Shown here in pieces: positions 51,235 through 64,000 of a stretch of 64,000 nt of DNA. The notes under the pieces were generated by a model, which saw only the letters and a program-made list of their open reading frames with translations, searched no databases and had not been told where the DNA came from. Where the stretch lies: positions 24,428,001-24,492,000 of the forward strand of contig OX597818.1 of NCBI GenBank assembly GCA_951406725.2. Reading direction: 5' to 3'. Made by a program: the position numbers and the translations under genes. Positions within the stretch are counted from its first letter, which is position 1, and the number at the start of each line of letters is the position of its first letter. The stretch comes from Octopus vulgaris. Taxonomy: Eukaryota.

Positions 51235-51924
51235 ATTGGAATACCATTAGCCTCAATCTAAATATTTTTAAAGTTTTGGTTTTTACTAAAGATTGCTAAT
51301 TGTAATAAGTCAAATTTATAATAAAACAAAAATTTCATTGGTATTTAATATTTCACTTTTAAAAAACATGTTCCTTTCCTGAAAGGACCATACCTATTCC
51401 TCTAAAATATGTTGATATGTTTATCACCCGGAGAGCATTCTTAAAAAAAATTGTACTGCAATTGTTCAATAAAGTCTAGTTACTCTTTATCACTTGTCAA
51501 GCTTGAAATATTGCTTATGATTTTATCTATGTCATTTTTACTGACACTTCACAACACATTCTTAGTTAAAATGTAAGAGAATTGGACTCAATATTGTAAC
51601 CATATCTACATGTTTGCATGAAAGTGTATATGCATGTACATATGCATATGTGTGTCTGTTCATGTAAACAGGATTACATCTTAACCTGTTGAAGAGTACA
51701 TTAATACTGAACTCATATGTAACCCTGCATAGTTTAAATATGGCAAACATTTATCACACTTTTGACAAAATATTCAGGGAGTGGTAGAGGAGGAGAGAGT
51801 GATGAATAGTAATAGAAATAGACAATGGGAAGAATAAGCAATGTATGTCAATAAGAAGTGGCTTTGAGAAGAGGGAGTGATAACTGACAATACAGAAAGG
51901 GTGATGGTAGGGTTTATCAGGTAC

Positions 51925-52207
51925 TGCTGCCATTTTTTCACGCTGAGAGTTGCTGAAGCATGGAACAAACAGCCAGCATCAGTTGTTAGTTGTCGGAGCA
52001 CTGCATCCTTCAAAACTTCCATGCTTCCTGAGATTCGCCAACACTACACCTGATTTTCTCCCCTCCATACACATGCAAGCATGTATCTGACTCATACACT
52101 GTTCACTTTCTAGACATTTGTACATTACTGCATATACTTTATATGCACTTTTGACAAGTTGTGGTGCACCTGAGCACTGTATACAATAATTTAATTATTA
52201 TTATTAT
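51925..52207 (+). mobile_element. CR1 3' fragment (same family as 35045-36700)
   Basis: Reverse-complement match to 35045-35310; (TTA)n tail. Confidence 0.85.
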
Positions 52208-53164
52208 TGTTATGAGTAGGTCAATTCAGGGACAGTGCTTGCGACCGACTTTTTGTGAGTAAATCCTTTGTCCTATCAGATTCTGGAGAGAGTGACGGCT
52301 TTTGGGGGGGGGACCTTCGACCCTTTTCAGGTGAAAGAAAGTTCGAGGAAGCACCTCTTTAAAAGGCAGGATATGTGAGTCTGTTAGTCAGTTGGGGACA
52401 GAGCGAGTTAGTGACAGGTGGTTTCTGTGGTGACAGTGAACGTGAAAGAGGAAGACAGGCAGAGAAGATTAAGGAGCTGAGAAGGAACTGGGAGAGATTG
52501 CGGCGAGAGGGCATGGCGATTACGGTAGTAGTTTCTGAAATTGTTGCAGACTGGAAAAAACGTTTGGTAAAGTTTTGTTTGTGTCTTTTGGTTGTTGTAT
52601 TTTGAGAGAAAGAAGGAAAGAGGAAAAAGAAAGAACAGTGCTAAAGAAAAAAAGAAATGAGATTATAAAGAACATTGTGAATTGTGTTACAGAGTTGTTG
52701 AAAAAGAAGGAGAAAGACTCTAATGTATTGAACTGTATCGTTAATGTGAACATTATTTGTTTTGATTTGACAGGAACTGTTTTGATTGCTTTGATGTTCT
52801 GTATTGTGCATGCCTTTGATTGTAACAGAACAACGTGAACTGTTTAAATGCTTTGATTTTGTTGCTTGTATTTTCTTTAATGTACCTGCTATGAATCACA
52901 TTTTATTTGATGTTGTAATAATTGTATAAACTGTTCTTAAATGTAAGCTACTGCTTTCCTCTGTGTCTCTTCCTGTTGTTGTTGTTGTTGTTATCTCCGG
53001 TCGCCGGTTGCCGAGTTCACTGCCGCCTTCCCCCACCGAATTCTCTCTCTCCCTGAGTCCGTGGCGAGTTCGCCGATAGATCGGGCCGGTAAATCGTCGT
53101 CGCTCGACTTGGTAGGGTCCCGGGTTTTCCGAAGAGATTGAGCAATGGCAGGTGGTTCGTAACA
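52208..53164. mobile_element. Solo LTR (Gypsy-like)
   Basis: Ends TGTTATGA...TCGTAACA (TG..CA, inverted termini) with 4-bp TTAT target duplication; CpG-rich interior. Confidence 0.7.
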
Positions 53165-53412
53165 TTATTTATCCTCAGTTATGCTAGCAGAATAATAGTG
53201 ACTAGAAGAGAAGATGAGTGGAGAGAGGATCAATCCATTCCTAGAATATTAATGAATTCCTTTACATTACTAGTAAGTATAGTGCTATTTGCTTTATAGA
53301 TACAGCAAATAATTTTTACAAGTAATTTTGAAGCAAATGAATTTTACAAATGGTTTTGTAGCAAATATTTCTACAATAACATATTGAGCAAGAGAAGAGA
53401 GTAACAGTTTAA

Positions 53413-54245
53413 CCCCTTAATGGATCAATTATTTTGACATGGCGTTTCATTTCAGAGCATATTTTTTTATTTCCTTTTTTAATTATATACACTGTGTTAA
53501 TTACAAAAAAAAAAACGTTTTTTATCTTGTTTCCTTTATTTTTTATTATAGAAATTAAAATGTACTTTTACTCATTTGGATTTATAGGAGTTGAAAAAAT
53601 ACCTATAACTTAACTATCTTTGATTTTTTATAAGATATATTGCTTTTAAATCAAAGGAAAATTTTTTTAAATGAGATAGTTTATTTAGAATAATTTTTAA
53701 AACAAAGAGTTACACACAAAGTTATCTTGAAGACATCACACATGTACCTGCTTTCTCTCCGAATCTTCTTTCCTTTAGCGTCTCTCTTCTCTGCGCATTT
53801 TTCACACTATCTGGTAGGGTTCTTTTTCTTATCACTTGGTGATATTTCCATGGGAAAGTGACCAGCTGGGGCAAATCTTGTTGGATGTGGGATCGATGAT
53901 GGTCTTCCTGGTTTCGTGGGAGGCAATAAGGGCCTATATTTTTCAATAAACTTGGTGATTATTTGCATTCTAAATTTCAGTGGTTTCATAGCAGAAACTG
54001 AACTTTCCAAAGATGCTTTATTCAAAACGTAAGCATTCCAGATAGCCAAATCCATCAAATGAAAAATTACTTTTTTTTTAAACAACACGAGTAAATTCAT
54101 GATTGCTCAAAAATGAAACGACACAAAACAAATAAACTCGTTTGAGTGCTAAAATTAAAAGTTAATTTTGACCGAGTATACTCGTCTGGTTCTAAAAAGA
54201 TACATTTGTGATGCATGAGTAAACTCGAGATAATCCATTAAGGGG
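53413..54245 (-). mobile_element. Internally deleted piggyBac element
   Basis: TTAA TSDs (53409-53412, 54246-54249); perfect TIR CCCCTTAATGGAT; KKVIFHLMDLAIWNAYVL..FRMQII plus a Cys-rich tail remnant. Confidence 0.9.
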
Positions 54246-55291
54246 TTAAAGATAGAATAATGTGAAAGATAAAAACTTTGTGAATGTCCACTTCTAACTA
54301 AAGAAACTTATATTGATAACAGCAATTGTTGAAATTGCTTCAGTTATTCAAGGTCCAGCTCAATTCAACCATTTGTAATTTGGTAGTTGAGAAGATTGAT
54401 TGACATTGTAATTTTAACAAATTTAGATTCATTAAAAGTCAACTTCAGCAGCAAACACAAACTTTCCTATGTTTACAACATGTTCCGCTTGATGTCAATC
54501 ACTGATTTCCCCTTGATTTTGTAAGGGAAAATGTCACAGAAGTTCTTTTCTTCCATGCATTTATTTATGGTTCTTTACAAGACAGCAACAACATTGGTAA
54601 CACCAAACTATATTCAGGTAAATTGATAGCTGCAAAACCATAAAAGGCTTATCACAGTCAAAATGTTCAGAAGGTCATATGCACTTTTATGATAAAAAAT
54701 TGAGAATATGTGATAAATTGTTAAACTGTTCCCCATAGTCTTTATGTTTGATAAAGAGTATAAATGTTTATTGTAAATGAATAATTAATGCACATTTGCT
54801 TCTTGTAATGCTCAAGAGTCATCTCTTACATTTGCATACACCGTGTTCCATAATCCCTTCAGAAAATAACCATTGAATTTCTTAAGGTATGAACTCTTGA
54901 TAAGCAGGACTAAACCTCCTGGACTGAGTAGCTATAGGTTCACATCCTTCTTTATGTTTGCAAATAACAATGGCTTGTACATTTTCCTTGTGGACAGACT
55001 ACATACAGAATTATTTACAAGGTTTGAAATCTTGAGCTCAGATCTATTTCCTCTGTATACTATTGTAACTGAGAACATTGTTTAAAAATCTGTTTTGAGA
55101 ATCACATCACTACAAAGATCCTTTCAAATGCCTAGACAAGTGTTTGGATATGGAGTGTCATTTAAGAAAAGATCATCAGTGCACTTGTTTGCCCATCACA
55201 GTAGCAGTAACTAAGGACTTGTATAGAGTAATACAGTGAGAAATAGGTTGAATAAGTAACCAAACTTACTGGTTACCAAAAATCTGATAAG

Positions 55292-56963
55292 ACATCATCA
55301 TCATTTAATGTCTGCTATCCATGCTAGCATGGGTTGGACAATTTGACTGAGGTCTGGCAAACCAGATGGCTGCACCAGGCTCCAATCTGATCTGGCAGTT
55401 TCTACAGCTGGATGCCCTTCCTAATGTCAACCACTCTGAGAGTGTAGTGAATGTTTTTACGTGGCACTGGCACGAGGGCCAGTCATGTGGCACTAGCAAC
55501 GGCCATGCACAAATACTTTTTATGTGCCACCTGCACAGGGGCCAGTCCAGTGGTACTGGCAACGACCTCACTCGAATGTTTTTTTCACGTGCCAGTAAGA
55601 CGCCACAGGTAACGATCACGCTTGAATGGTGCTTTTTACATGCCACTGGCACAGAAGCTGGTTTGTTGCTCTGGCAATGATCACATTTGGATGGTACTCT
55701 TAGTGCTCCACTAGCATGGATGCCAGTCATCAAATTTGATTTTCATTTCATTTGCCTCAACAAGTCTTCACAAGCAGAGTTTAGTGTCCAATGAAGGAAA
55801 GGTGCGCATAAATGGGCTGGTTACATCCCTGGCATAGGCCACGAGGTTATGGTCACACTTGGCTTACCGAGTCTTCTCAAGCACAGCATATTTCCAAAGG
55901 TCCCAGTCGCTAGTCATTGCCTTAGTGAGACCTAATGTTCGAAGGTCATGCTTCACCACCTCATCCCAGGTCTTCCTGGGTTTACCTCTTCCACTGGTTC
56001 CCTCAACCGCTAGGGTGTAGCACTTTTTCTCACAGCTATCCACATCCATTCTTGCCACATGGCCATACCAGTGCAGTCGTCTCTCTTACACACTACATCT
56101 GATGCTTCTTAGGTTCAACTTATCTCTCAAAGTACTTACACACTGTCGAGTATGCACACTGACATTACACATACATTGGAGCATACTGGCTTCATTCCTT
56201 GCGAGCTTACACATGTCCTCAGCAGTCACAGCCCATGTTTCACTGCCATGTAGCATGGCTTTTCATACACATGTGTCATACAGTCAACCTTTTACTCTGA
56301 GCAAGAGGCCCTTTGTACCCAGCAGAGGTAAGAGCTCTCTGAACTTTGACCAGGCTATTCTTATTCTAGCAGCTACACTTTCAGTGCACCCTCCCCCACT
56401 AGTGACTTGATCACCTAGGTAATGGAAGCTATCAACTACTTCTAGTTTTTCTCCCTGGAATGTGGCGGAAGTTGTTCTCTGCCCATTTTCAGTGTTTATT
56501 GCTCCTGAGCATCTGCCACATACAAAAATTATCTTCCCAGTTAGCCTTCCTTTGATATTGCTGCACCTCTTATGTGTCCATAGCTTACACTGGGTACATC
56601 TTATAGAATTTCTACCTACACCTTTTCTACAGATCAAGCAGGGCCAACTACCTGAAGGGATTTGTGGTTTGCCTGCCTTCCTACTTATTAAGACTTTGGT
56701 TTTAGCGAGGCTGACTCTAAGGCCCTTCAGTTCTAATCCTTGCTTCCACACCTGAAACTTCTCCTCTAGTTCTGATAGTGACTCAGCAAGGTCATCAGCA
56801 TAGAGGAGCTCCCAGGGGCATTCTGTCTTTAATTCCTCTTATTGCCTGGAGGACTATGAAAGGGATCAGGGGACCCTGTCAAAGGCTTTCTCCATGTCAA
56901 TGAAAGCCAGGTACAGAGGTTTATCTTTGGCTATGTATTTCTCCTGCAGCTGTCTTACCAGAT
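55292..56963 (-). mobile_element. RTE-clade LINE, second copy, internally deleted
   Basis: High similarity to 17468-19395; WELLYADDL, VDSFHYLG, GKPRKTW; abuts the Tc1 TIR at 56965. Confidence 0.92.
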
Positions 56964-56964
56964 A

Positions 56965-58300
56965 TACAGTTGCGGCCAAAATGTTCAGGACGGCATTGTT
57001 TTTGTCAGAAAAGTAGGTATAAGTTTTTATCAGAGTTGTTTTATATTCTATAATTTTCAGACTATAAATACGATATTAATTGTTATTGTCTGAGATTTTG
57101 GTGTAATTTGAGAGGATAATGCAAAGGTTATGGATGATTTAGTGATTTACTGCAAAACCCATGGTGGCCAAAATTATCAGAATGGTTGAAAAAATAACAA
57201 AATAATCAAAAATGACTGAGAATACTGGAATTATTTAATATTTGGTGTGAAAACCTTTAGCTTCAATCACACTTTGACATCTTTGACTGCATGAAGAAAT
57301 TAAATTTTCAATTTCTTGCTGGGTGATCTTATTCCATTCTCCCTGAAGGGCATTCCATAATTGCTCGGTTGTTTTAGGATTTCTGGCTTTCGAACGTTCT
57401 CCTAGAATATTCCACACATTTTCAATAGGATTGAGATCTGGGCTTTGAGCAGGCCAATCCATAACAATAACCTTTTCATCCTTGAGGAAGTTCATGACAT
57501 GGGGCATTGTCCTGCATGAATATGGGTGATCGCTTAGTTGAATTTCTCAGCACAGGCAAGACATGATCTTTTACAAGTTGTTTATAAACTCCTGCATTTA
57601 CCTTTCCATGTAATCACACCAAAGGGCCCACACCATCTCCAGATATCATCCCCCAAACCATGACACTTCCTCCACTGAATTTAACACTAGTCTTAAGGCA
57701 TTTAGGCGACAATTTTTCACCTACTTTTCGACGAACGTACCTTTTCCCATCTGAGCCAAATAACATAAACTTAGATTCATCACTGAAATGCACCGTTTGC
57801 CATTTTACTTGAGACCACAACACATGTTCGGTTGCAAAGGTAAGACGACACTTTTTATTCTTGGAGCTGATCAGTGGCTTCACTGCAGGTGCTCTTGCTT
57901 GTAGGTCATGTTCAACTAAACGACATGACACAGTTTTTCGAGATAAAATTTTCTTCAGTACAATGCTCATTTCCTGAGAAACAGCAGCAGCAGTTTTAAA
58001 TGTCCTTTTTAACCAACTTTACCATAGCACAATCTTCTATCTTGGTTGTTTTCCTTGGCCTACCTGTAGACTTTCTTGCTTCACACAAACCACAATCAAC
58101 GTAGACCTTAAGAATACCATGAACAACACTTTTTGACTTATTAACAATCTTTGCAATAGACCCAATACTTAAATTATCCTTCTTTCGAAGCTTAATAATC
58201 TGCTGACGAATTGATAATGGAGTAAGTGGCATTATATTAACGAAGTACACTGCAGATATTCTTACTAATGTTTAGTAAACGAACCATCACATAAACAAAT
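56965..58300 (-). mobile_element. Tc1-family transposon (frameshifted)
   Basis: TA + CAGTTGCGGCCAAAA terminus; GRPRKTT, HFSDESKF, VMVWG, WPAQSPDLNPIENVW; opposite TIR not recognised. Confidence 0.9.
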
Positions 58301-59752
58301 TCAAAACATTAGAAGTATTCACTTTACTCATGGATAAATATTAGAGCCACAAACCCAGCAACATTTCTTACTTATTATCCCTGCAAGTGTTACATCTTTA
58401 AAACGAACATCAGCTTGCTGAAGAATACATAAAGGCTTATGAGCTTTTTCCATATACCCTGACATACTGCTACAACCATAGAACAAAGTTGTTGAAATGT
58501 CTCAGAGTTGTGATGTAATACCAAAGTTCTAGTTTGATCATAACTGTGAGTTTCACAGATGTTGGCATATACACCATCATCATTTAACGTCTATTGTCCA
58601 TGCTGGCATGGGTTGGACGATTTGACCAGGGCTAGCAAGCTGTAAGGCTGCACCAGACTGGAGTCTGGTGCACCTTCCAGTCTGATATCTGTGTACAATT
58701 CATTTATGAAGGCATTCCTTACCAGCTACTCATGATATTGTTCAGTTGCTGCACTTTACATCATCATCATCATTTAGCGTCCGCTTTCCATGCTAGCATG
58801 GGCTGGACGGTTCAACTGGGGTCTGGGAGGCCAGAAGGCTGCACCAGGCCCAGTCTGATCTGGCAATGTTTCTACGGCTGGATGCCCTTCCTAATGTCAA
58901 CCACTCCGTGAGTGTAGTGGGTGCTTTTTTTGTGCCACTGGCACGGGGGCCAGGCAACAATGTGCAATTTTTATTGAGATCATACAGAAATTGAAGAAAA
59001 TCATCAAAGACTTTACCAAGTAGGTGTCACCTTGTACTAAGTTATTATTGGCAAATAGATTTCTTTTTTATATCACCTTTTCTAATATTGAAATTACTGT
59101 ATCAAAGTCTATCGTATCCACTTATACACTGTCAATGACATATTTTGTTTAGTACTGTAGTTTGTCAGGTGCTCTTCACCGCATTCAGCAATGAAATTTC
59201 ATTTCCAAAAGTTCTTCACCAGTCAATAGCTACTGAATTTGCATCTACATCAAACTTGTCAAAGTAGACTATGCATTTTATGATGTTGGTTTATAAGCTG
59301 AATAAATTGTTATAAATCAAAAACCTCTGACATCAAAGACTTTACTCAATCCATAACATAATGTAGTCAGCAAACAACTTACATTGGTAAAAGAAAAGGT
59401 TTGCAAATATTAACATAAGAGATAAATAAGGTTTGACACTGATTTTATTACAAAGAATTAGTCAACCAAAGATTATAGTTAAGTAACATTTGCTCAATAT
59501 ATTGTGCATAACACCAAACCCAGAAGTGGTTAGAAAGAGAACAATGTAACTAAACTTGGAACTATCAATATCCTAAAGAGAGTATTTTCTCTCAGGATTC
59601 TTCACATTTTATGGAAACCAACATTATTTCTATTTTCCAGAAGCCAAAATTTAAGCTGTGAATAAAGATAAGAACAATTATCTTTAAAACCAATTAGCAA
59701 CTTTATAGTATTTTAAAATCAAAATGGATATTATTTGGTGCATTAAATCTTC

Positions 59753-59863
59753 TTAATAATTGTCAGTTTTCATATCATTTAAGCCTAAAGCTTCATTCTG
59801 TTCAAAATTCCTTTCATAATATGTGATTTTAAGGTCAGGGTCTTCTTCAGGAAAACATAAATC
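59753..59863 (-). CDS. ZPR1: ZPR1 terminal coding exon
   Basis: ttccttacag acceptor; ERNFEQNEALGLNDMKT; TAA. Confidence 0.92.
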   Translation of the reverse strand, partial: DLCFPEEDPDLKITYYERNFEQNEALGLNDMKTDNY

Positions 59864-62800
59864 CTGTAAGGAAGAAAAAAAAAATTATAGCCAATTTAAG
59901 GTTAAGGCACAAATGATGAAAAAGAAACTATTTAAGGATATTGCTGATCTATGTAAAAGGATAAATATCAATACAGAGAATGACAGTGTAGTTAAGTGTG
60001 CATGTGTGTGTTTACATATTCTCTCTGAATATTAAATACTGTGAGCTACAAGAAGTGACGTTGTTGCCATTTTCCTTGTTGATAAATTATTTGCTGGCTT
60101 TGTGCCCACAAAGATGTGTGAAATAAGGCATCCTTACTTGAGAAACTTGTAAGGATTAGCAACATGAAGGGCATCTGGCTGTAAAACTATGTGCCCCAAT
60201 AATACATTCATCTAAATCATGCTTACATTGAAAAATGGATGTAAGAAAAGACAAAAAACTTTCCATAAGTCATTAGTTCAGCAATTGTAAATAATTTTGT
60301 ACCAGTGGTACATTTAGAGAGAGAAAGGAAAGTGACACAAGATCACTAAGCAGCTCTGAAGAGTAGAGACTGATGGAGTAGTGGTAAAAAGAAAGAATGA
60401 GAAGACAGCACATATAAGTATTAGAGGTTGGATTATGTTGGTGAGTGATTTCATGCCAATCAGCAGTGAGGCCTGAAGTTGAAAGAGCCAGAAGAAATGC
60501 CATATAAATATTTCGTTCAACATGCTAACAATTCTGCCAGCTGTCAAATATATTAATGAAATATTTTTCTTCAAATCTTAGATTTCTAGATGCCCTAAAT
60601 ACAACAGAAAAATTAACTCTACAACCTTCAACTTCAAATAAATAGTTTTACAAACTTATTCTGTTTTTACATTTCCTGTTGGGGTTTGAAATAGACCTGA
60701 CTCAAGTTTGGCTCACATCATCATCATCGTTTAGGAAAACGGACGCTAAACGATGATGATGATGTGAGCCAAACTTGTGTCAGGTCTATTTCAAACCCCA
60801 ACAGTCCCCATTCTTCGTATAATGTAGTTATATATATCATTCAGAATATGTAAGTTCTTATATTATTATTTTATAACATTTAACAATTATTTTAGCTTAC
60901 CTGGATATAACTATTGCCTGCAGGATCATCAAGGATCAAATGGACATTAAGCTTTTCTCCTGATATAATCTGTAAAACAAGCAAAATTTATAAGTTTCCA
61001 ACTATCAGATCATTTAAAATGAAATGTCCAATTTTCTTAAGCATCAAGTTTGACAGTTGTTAACTCTAATGTTTAATCCTGACAATTCTTTGTTTTAAAC
61101 ATTGAAGAGTTACATCACTTTACAAAATGCAATTCATTGTGTCTGATTATATTGTGAATTTTCTCTTGTAAGTCAATTTTTGAGAGCCTGGGGATAGATA
61201 AAAAATTCATGTTGTTTATGAATTTGAGTTCCATCATGGAACCAATGCATTCCAGACAGCTTGAAACATCAATGAGGTGTTTGGTGAAGATGTGGCGAAT
61301 GAGCGCACTGCATGTCGAAGGTTTGAGAAGTTCTGGTCTGGTGACTTTACGCTTGAAAATCAGTCCCATGGTTGACCTGAGACCAAGATGGATAATGGTG
61401 AGCTAGAAGCTGTAGTGAGTTAGCAGTAAGGTTTGATGTTTTGATTCCAACTGTATTGGATCATCTAAAACAAATCGGCAAGGTAAAGAAGCTGAACAAG
61501 TGGGTACCACATGAACTAAACAAGCATCAAATGTCATATGGTCTTGAAACTTGCTATTCTTTGATGTCATGGCATAAAAGCAAACCATTTTCGCATTGTA
61601 TTGTTACATATGATGAAAAAATTATTCTTAGCAAGCATTCTGCACAGTGGTTTGATAGAAATGGAGTGCCAAAACACAATCTAAAAAAGAATATTCATCA
61701 AAAAAGCAAATACTGTATGTTTGGTGGTCCAGCACTGGTGTCATCCACTACAGCTTCATGATAACTGGTAAGTCAATTACAGTGGATGTATACATCAACC
61801 AATTGGATGAAATGATGAGTGAACATGCAATTAAACAACTGAGATTGGTCAATACAGACAGGCCAATTCTCTTGCAAGACAATGCTCAATCACATGTTGC
61901 ACAAAGAATGCTATTCAAGTTACAAGAATTGAACTTGGAAGTACTCTGTCATCCACCATATTCACCAGACCTTGCACCAACTGACTATCATGTTTTCCAG
62001 GCATTAGACAACTTTTTGCAAGAAAACAAATTCAAATCTAAAGATGCAAGAACAGCCTTTCATGATTTCATCACTTCTTTCTCCCCAGAATTCTTCACTG
62101 CTGGCACAAATAGGCTACCGATAAAATGGCAAAATTGTGTTGATAATTTAGGTGCATACTTTGATTAATTACATTGCTTTTTATTGAGATAAAGTAAAAT
62201 TTGAACTTCAAAATTGGACATTTCATTCTTAATGACTTGATAATATGCATCAAATATCATTGAACAAATCAAAGGAAATATTTTACATATGAATTATTAA
62301 AATTTTTTTTTTGTCACAAATAAATTACTTTTACTTCAATATGATACAATATAAAACTAGAGTTTCTTTCTCTGGACTGTAACCAGATGTTAAATTTTTT
62401 TCAAACTGTTTTTTATATTTTTGCTTACTAACAAAAAATTGGATGAAAAGTCAATAAAAAATATTTTTTAATTATTTTATGGTTCAAGAAAATACAATAT
62501 TTCTCATCTATGAAATTTACCCAAAATGAAACCATCAAAATTTCATTTTACTCTAATAAAGAAACCCTTAAATTGCTCACAAAACTGTGCAACGGCTGCA
62601 CAGGCAATAAACATCACTAATAACACCTAGAGAAAATCACCCATCTTCACCAATTGGGAGGTACTCATACACCTGTGTAATGTCTGCAAGATGATTATCA
62701 GGAAATAAAGGCCTAAAAGCTCTCTCTCTTTCACACTCTTTCCAAATTAAACCCAAATATTTTAAGTAACTGGCAACAGGATCTGTATTAAGCTAGAAAA

Positions 62801-64000
62801 AGTGTTCTATCCCTTTCCTCAAGACTTCTTAACTAGAATGACTCAAAAAGTAACACACAACTGTAAATAAAGGCAATCACCTATGCTAATTATGTTTTAC
62901 TTCCATTTCAACACTGTAGACACAATAAAATTCCACCTTAACTCTTTTTTCCAGCCATTTCCCCTGTCCCATGTACTTCACCTCTAAGTGCACAAAGCTG
63001 CCAAATACAAACTCTTTTCTAGTCACTCCAATCTAAGTAGTCCAGATAGTATTCAATCCATTCCCATAAAAAAAACAGTGCACACTTGATCTAGCTCCTA
63101 TCTTCTACAAGAAAGGCAATTTCTTTGAGCCTGTAAACTAATAACATTAAACTTTGTACAATGATGCAAACAACTGATGTTGTGAACTGATCAGGACTAT
63201 CTAAACCAAGCTTCTATCATTAGAACTTAAAAGCAGATTAGATAAAAAAAATTTTTAAAAACTACACACCCAAAATGCCACACTACTCTATATAATAAAC
63301 CACTGAATGTTAGAGCAAACAGTATGGTTCACTTCGAAAAATCATATCTTAAACAATAAATCTGTGGTTGGGACCTATTCATTCAATTAATAACTTATAT
63401 GTCAGATATGCACTCTAAAAGATATATGGCAACTTAATCTCTTTAACAGCACCAAAACACAGTGACTGTGCATAGCAAGAAAACAATCTCACAACACTAC
63501 ATGCTCCTATTCATGAACCACAATACACAGTACACACTCTCAAAGACTGGTGTTGATGTAATTGACAATAAAAGGCAATGCCCCAGTTTCATGACTAAAA
63601 CTAATAAGGGAATAAAAGTATTATAAGCATTAATTTGATAGCAAAGGATAACAGATAATAGCTTTCAATTTTCATTTACTTAAAGCAAATAGTAAAACAG
63701 TCATAAAATTTTCACCATTATAAACTGCTTCTATCTTACTTTAAAGCTAGAAACAGGTTTACTTCACAGTTACCAGCTGTCTAGAGATAGAGACATTTCT
63801 TACAATTTAACAGGCCTAAGTTTTTTAATATGTCTTACTGAACAGAAACTTTTCATTAATGGAACGTTCACAAAAATATAGGTCAATTAGTAAAAATTAA
63901 AACTTACTTGGGAAATGTTATTACTGAATTCATTCATTTTTGCTTTTGTTTCTTCCTCAGCAGAGTCGCCAAAGCAAAAGGGATTGTTCTTTGACAGCTT
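59753..64000 (-). CDS. ZPR1: Zinc finger protein ZPR1, last three coding exons (gene continues beyond the window)
   Basis: join(64000-63908, 60969-60901, 59863-59753) gives KLSKNNPFCFGDSAEEETKAKMNEFSNNISQ|IISGEKLNVHLILDDPAGNSYIQ|DLCFPEEDPDLKITYYERNFEQNEALGLNDMKTDNY*, the ZPR1 C-terminal signature. Confidence 0.92.
60676..60804. repeat. Near-perfect 59-bp-arm hairpin
   Basis: Arms 60676-60734 and 60746-60804, one mismatch, 11-nt loop. Confidence 0.95.
60901..60969 (-). CDS. ZPR1: ZPR1 penultimate coding exon
   Basis: LDDPAGNSYIQ; ttttacag acceptor, GTAAGC donor. Confidence 0.92.
61003..62242 (+). mobile_element. Decayed full-length mariner in a ZPR1 intron
   Basis: TA TSD; TIR tcagatcatttaaaatgaaatgtccaatttt; WVPHEL, LQDNA, YSPDLAPTDYH; related to the element at 41198. 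Confidence 0.9.
63908..64000 (-). CDS. ZPR1: ZPR1 coding exon (truncated by window edge)
   Basis: NNPFCFGDSA; donor CAA|GTAAGT. Confidence 0.85.

Noticed and set aside
52896-53165. GC-rich ORF / CpG island suggesting a host first exon
   Set aside because: Lies inside the solo LTR boundaries

Overview
AT-rich, intron-containing, repeat-dense animal DNA. The SINE/LINE/microsatellite landscape is most consistent with a cephalopod such as Octopus (inference, not verified). Three host genes could be assembled by hand from splice signals. (1) The first two coding exons of a Selenoprotein S-like gene on the minus strand (27093-26997, 23545-23408); its 3' half and SECIS were not found in the window. 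(2) A complete 6-exon, 353-aa zinc-dependent MDR-family dehydrogenase on the plus strand (33658-51234). It resembles bacterial L-threonine 3-dehydrogenase rather than the SDR-type animal TDH, and needs one GC-AG intron. (3) The last three coding exons of ZPR1 on the minus strand (64000-59753). Most of the rest is decayed mobile DNA: RTE, CR1, CRE-like and Penelope-like retroelements, mariner/Tc1, hAT, piggyBac and Helitron remnants, a solo LTR, many SINEs and microsatellites. The most notable unexplained structure is a Penelope-associated type I hammerhead ribozyme (241-315), a three-copy family of putative U3-A8 core-variant hammerheads with stem covariation (9101, 11264, 24574), and several long intronic fold-back inverted repeats. 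Nearly all short ORFs in the supplied track are artefacts of repeats.
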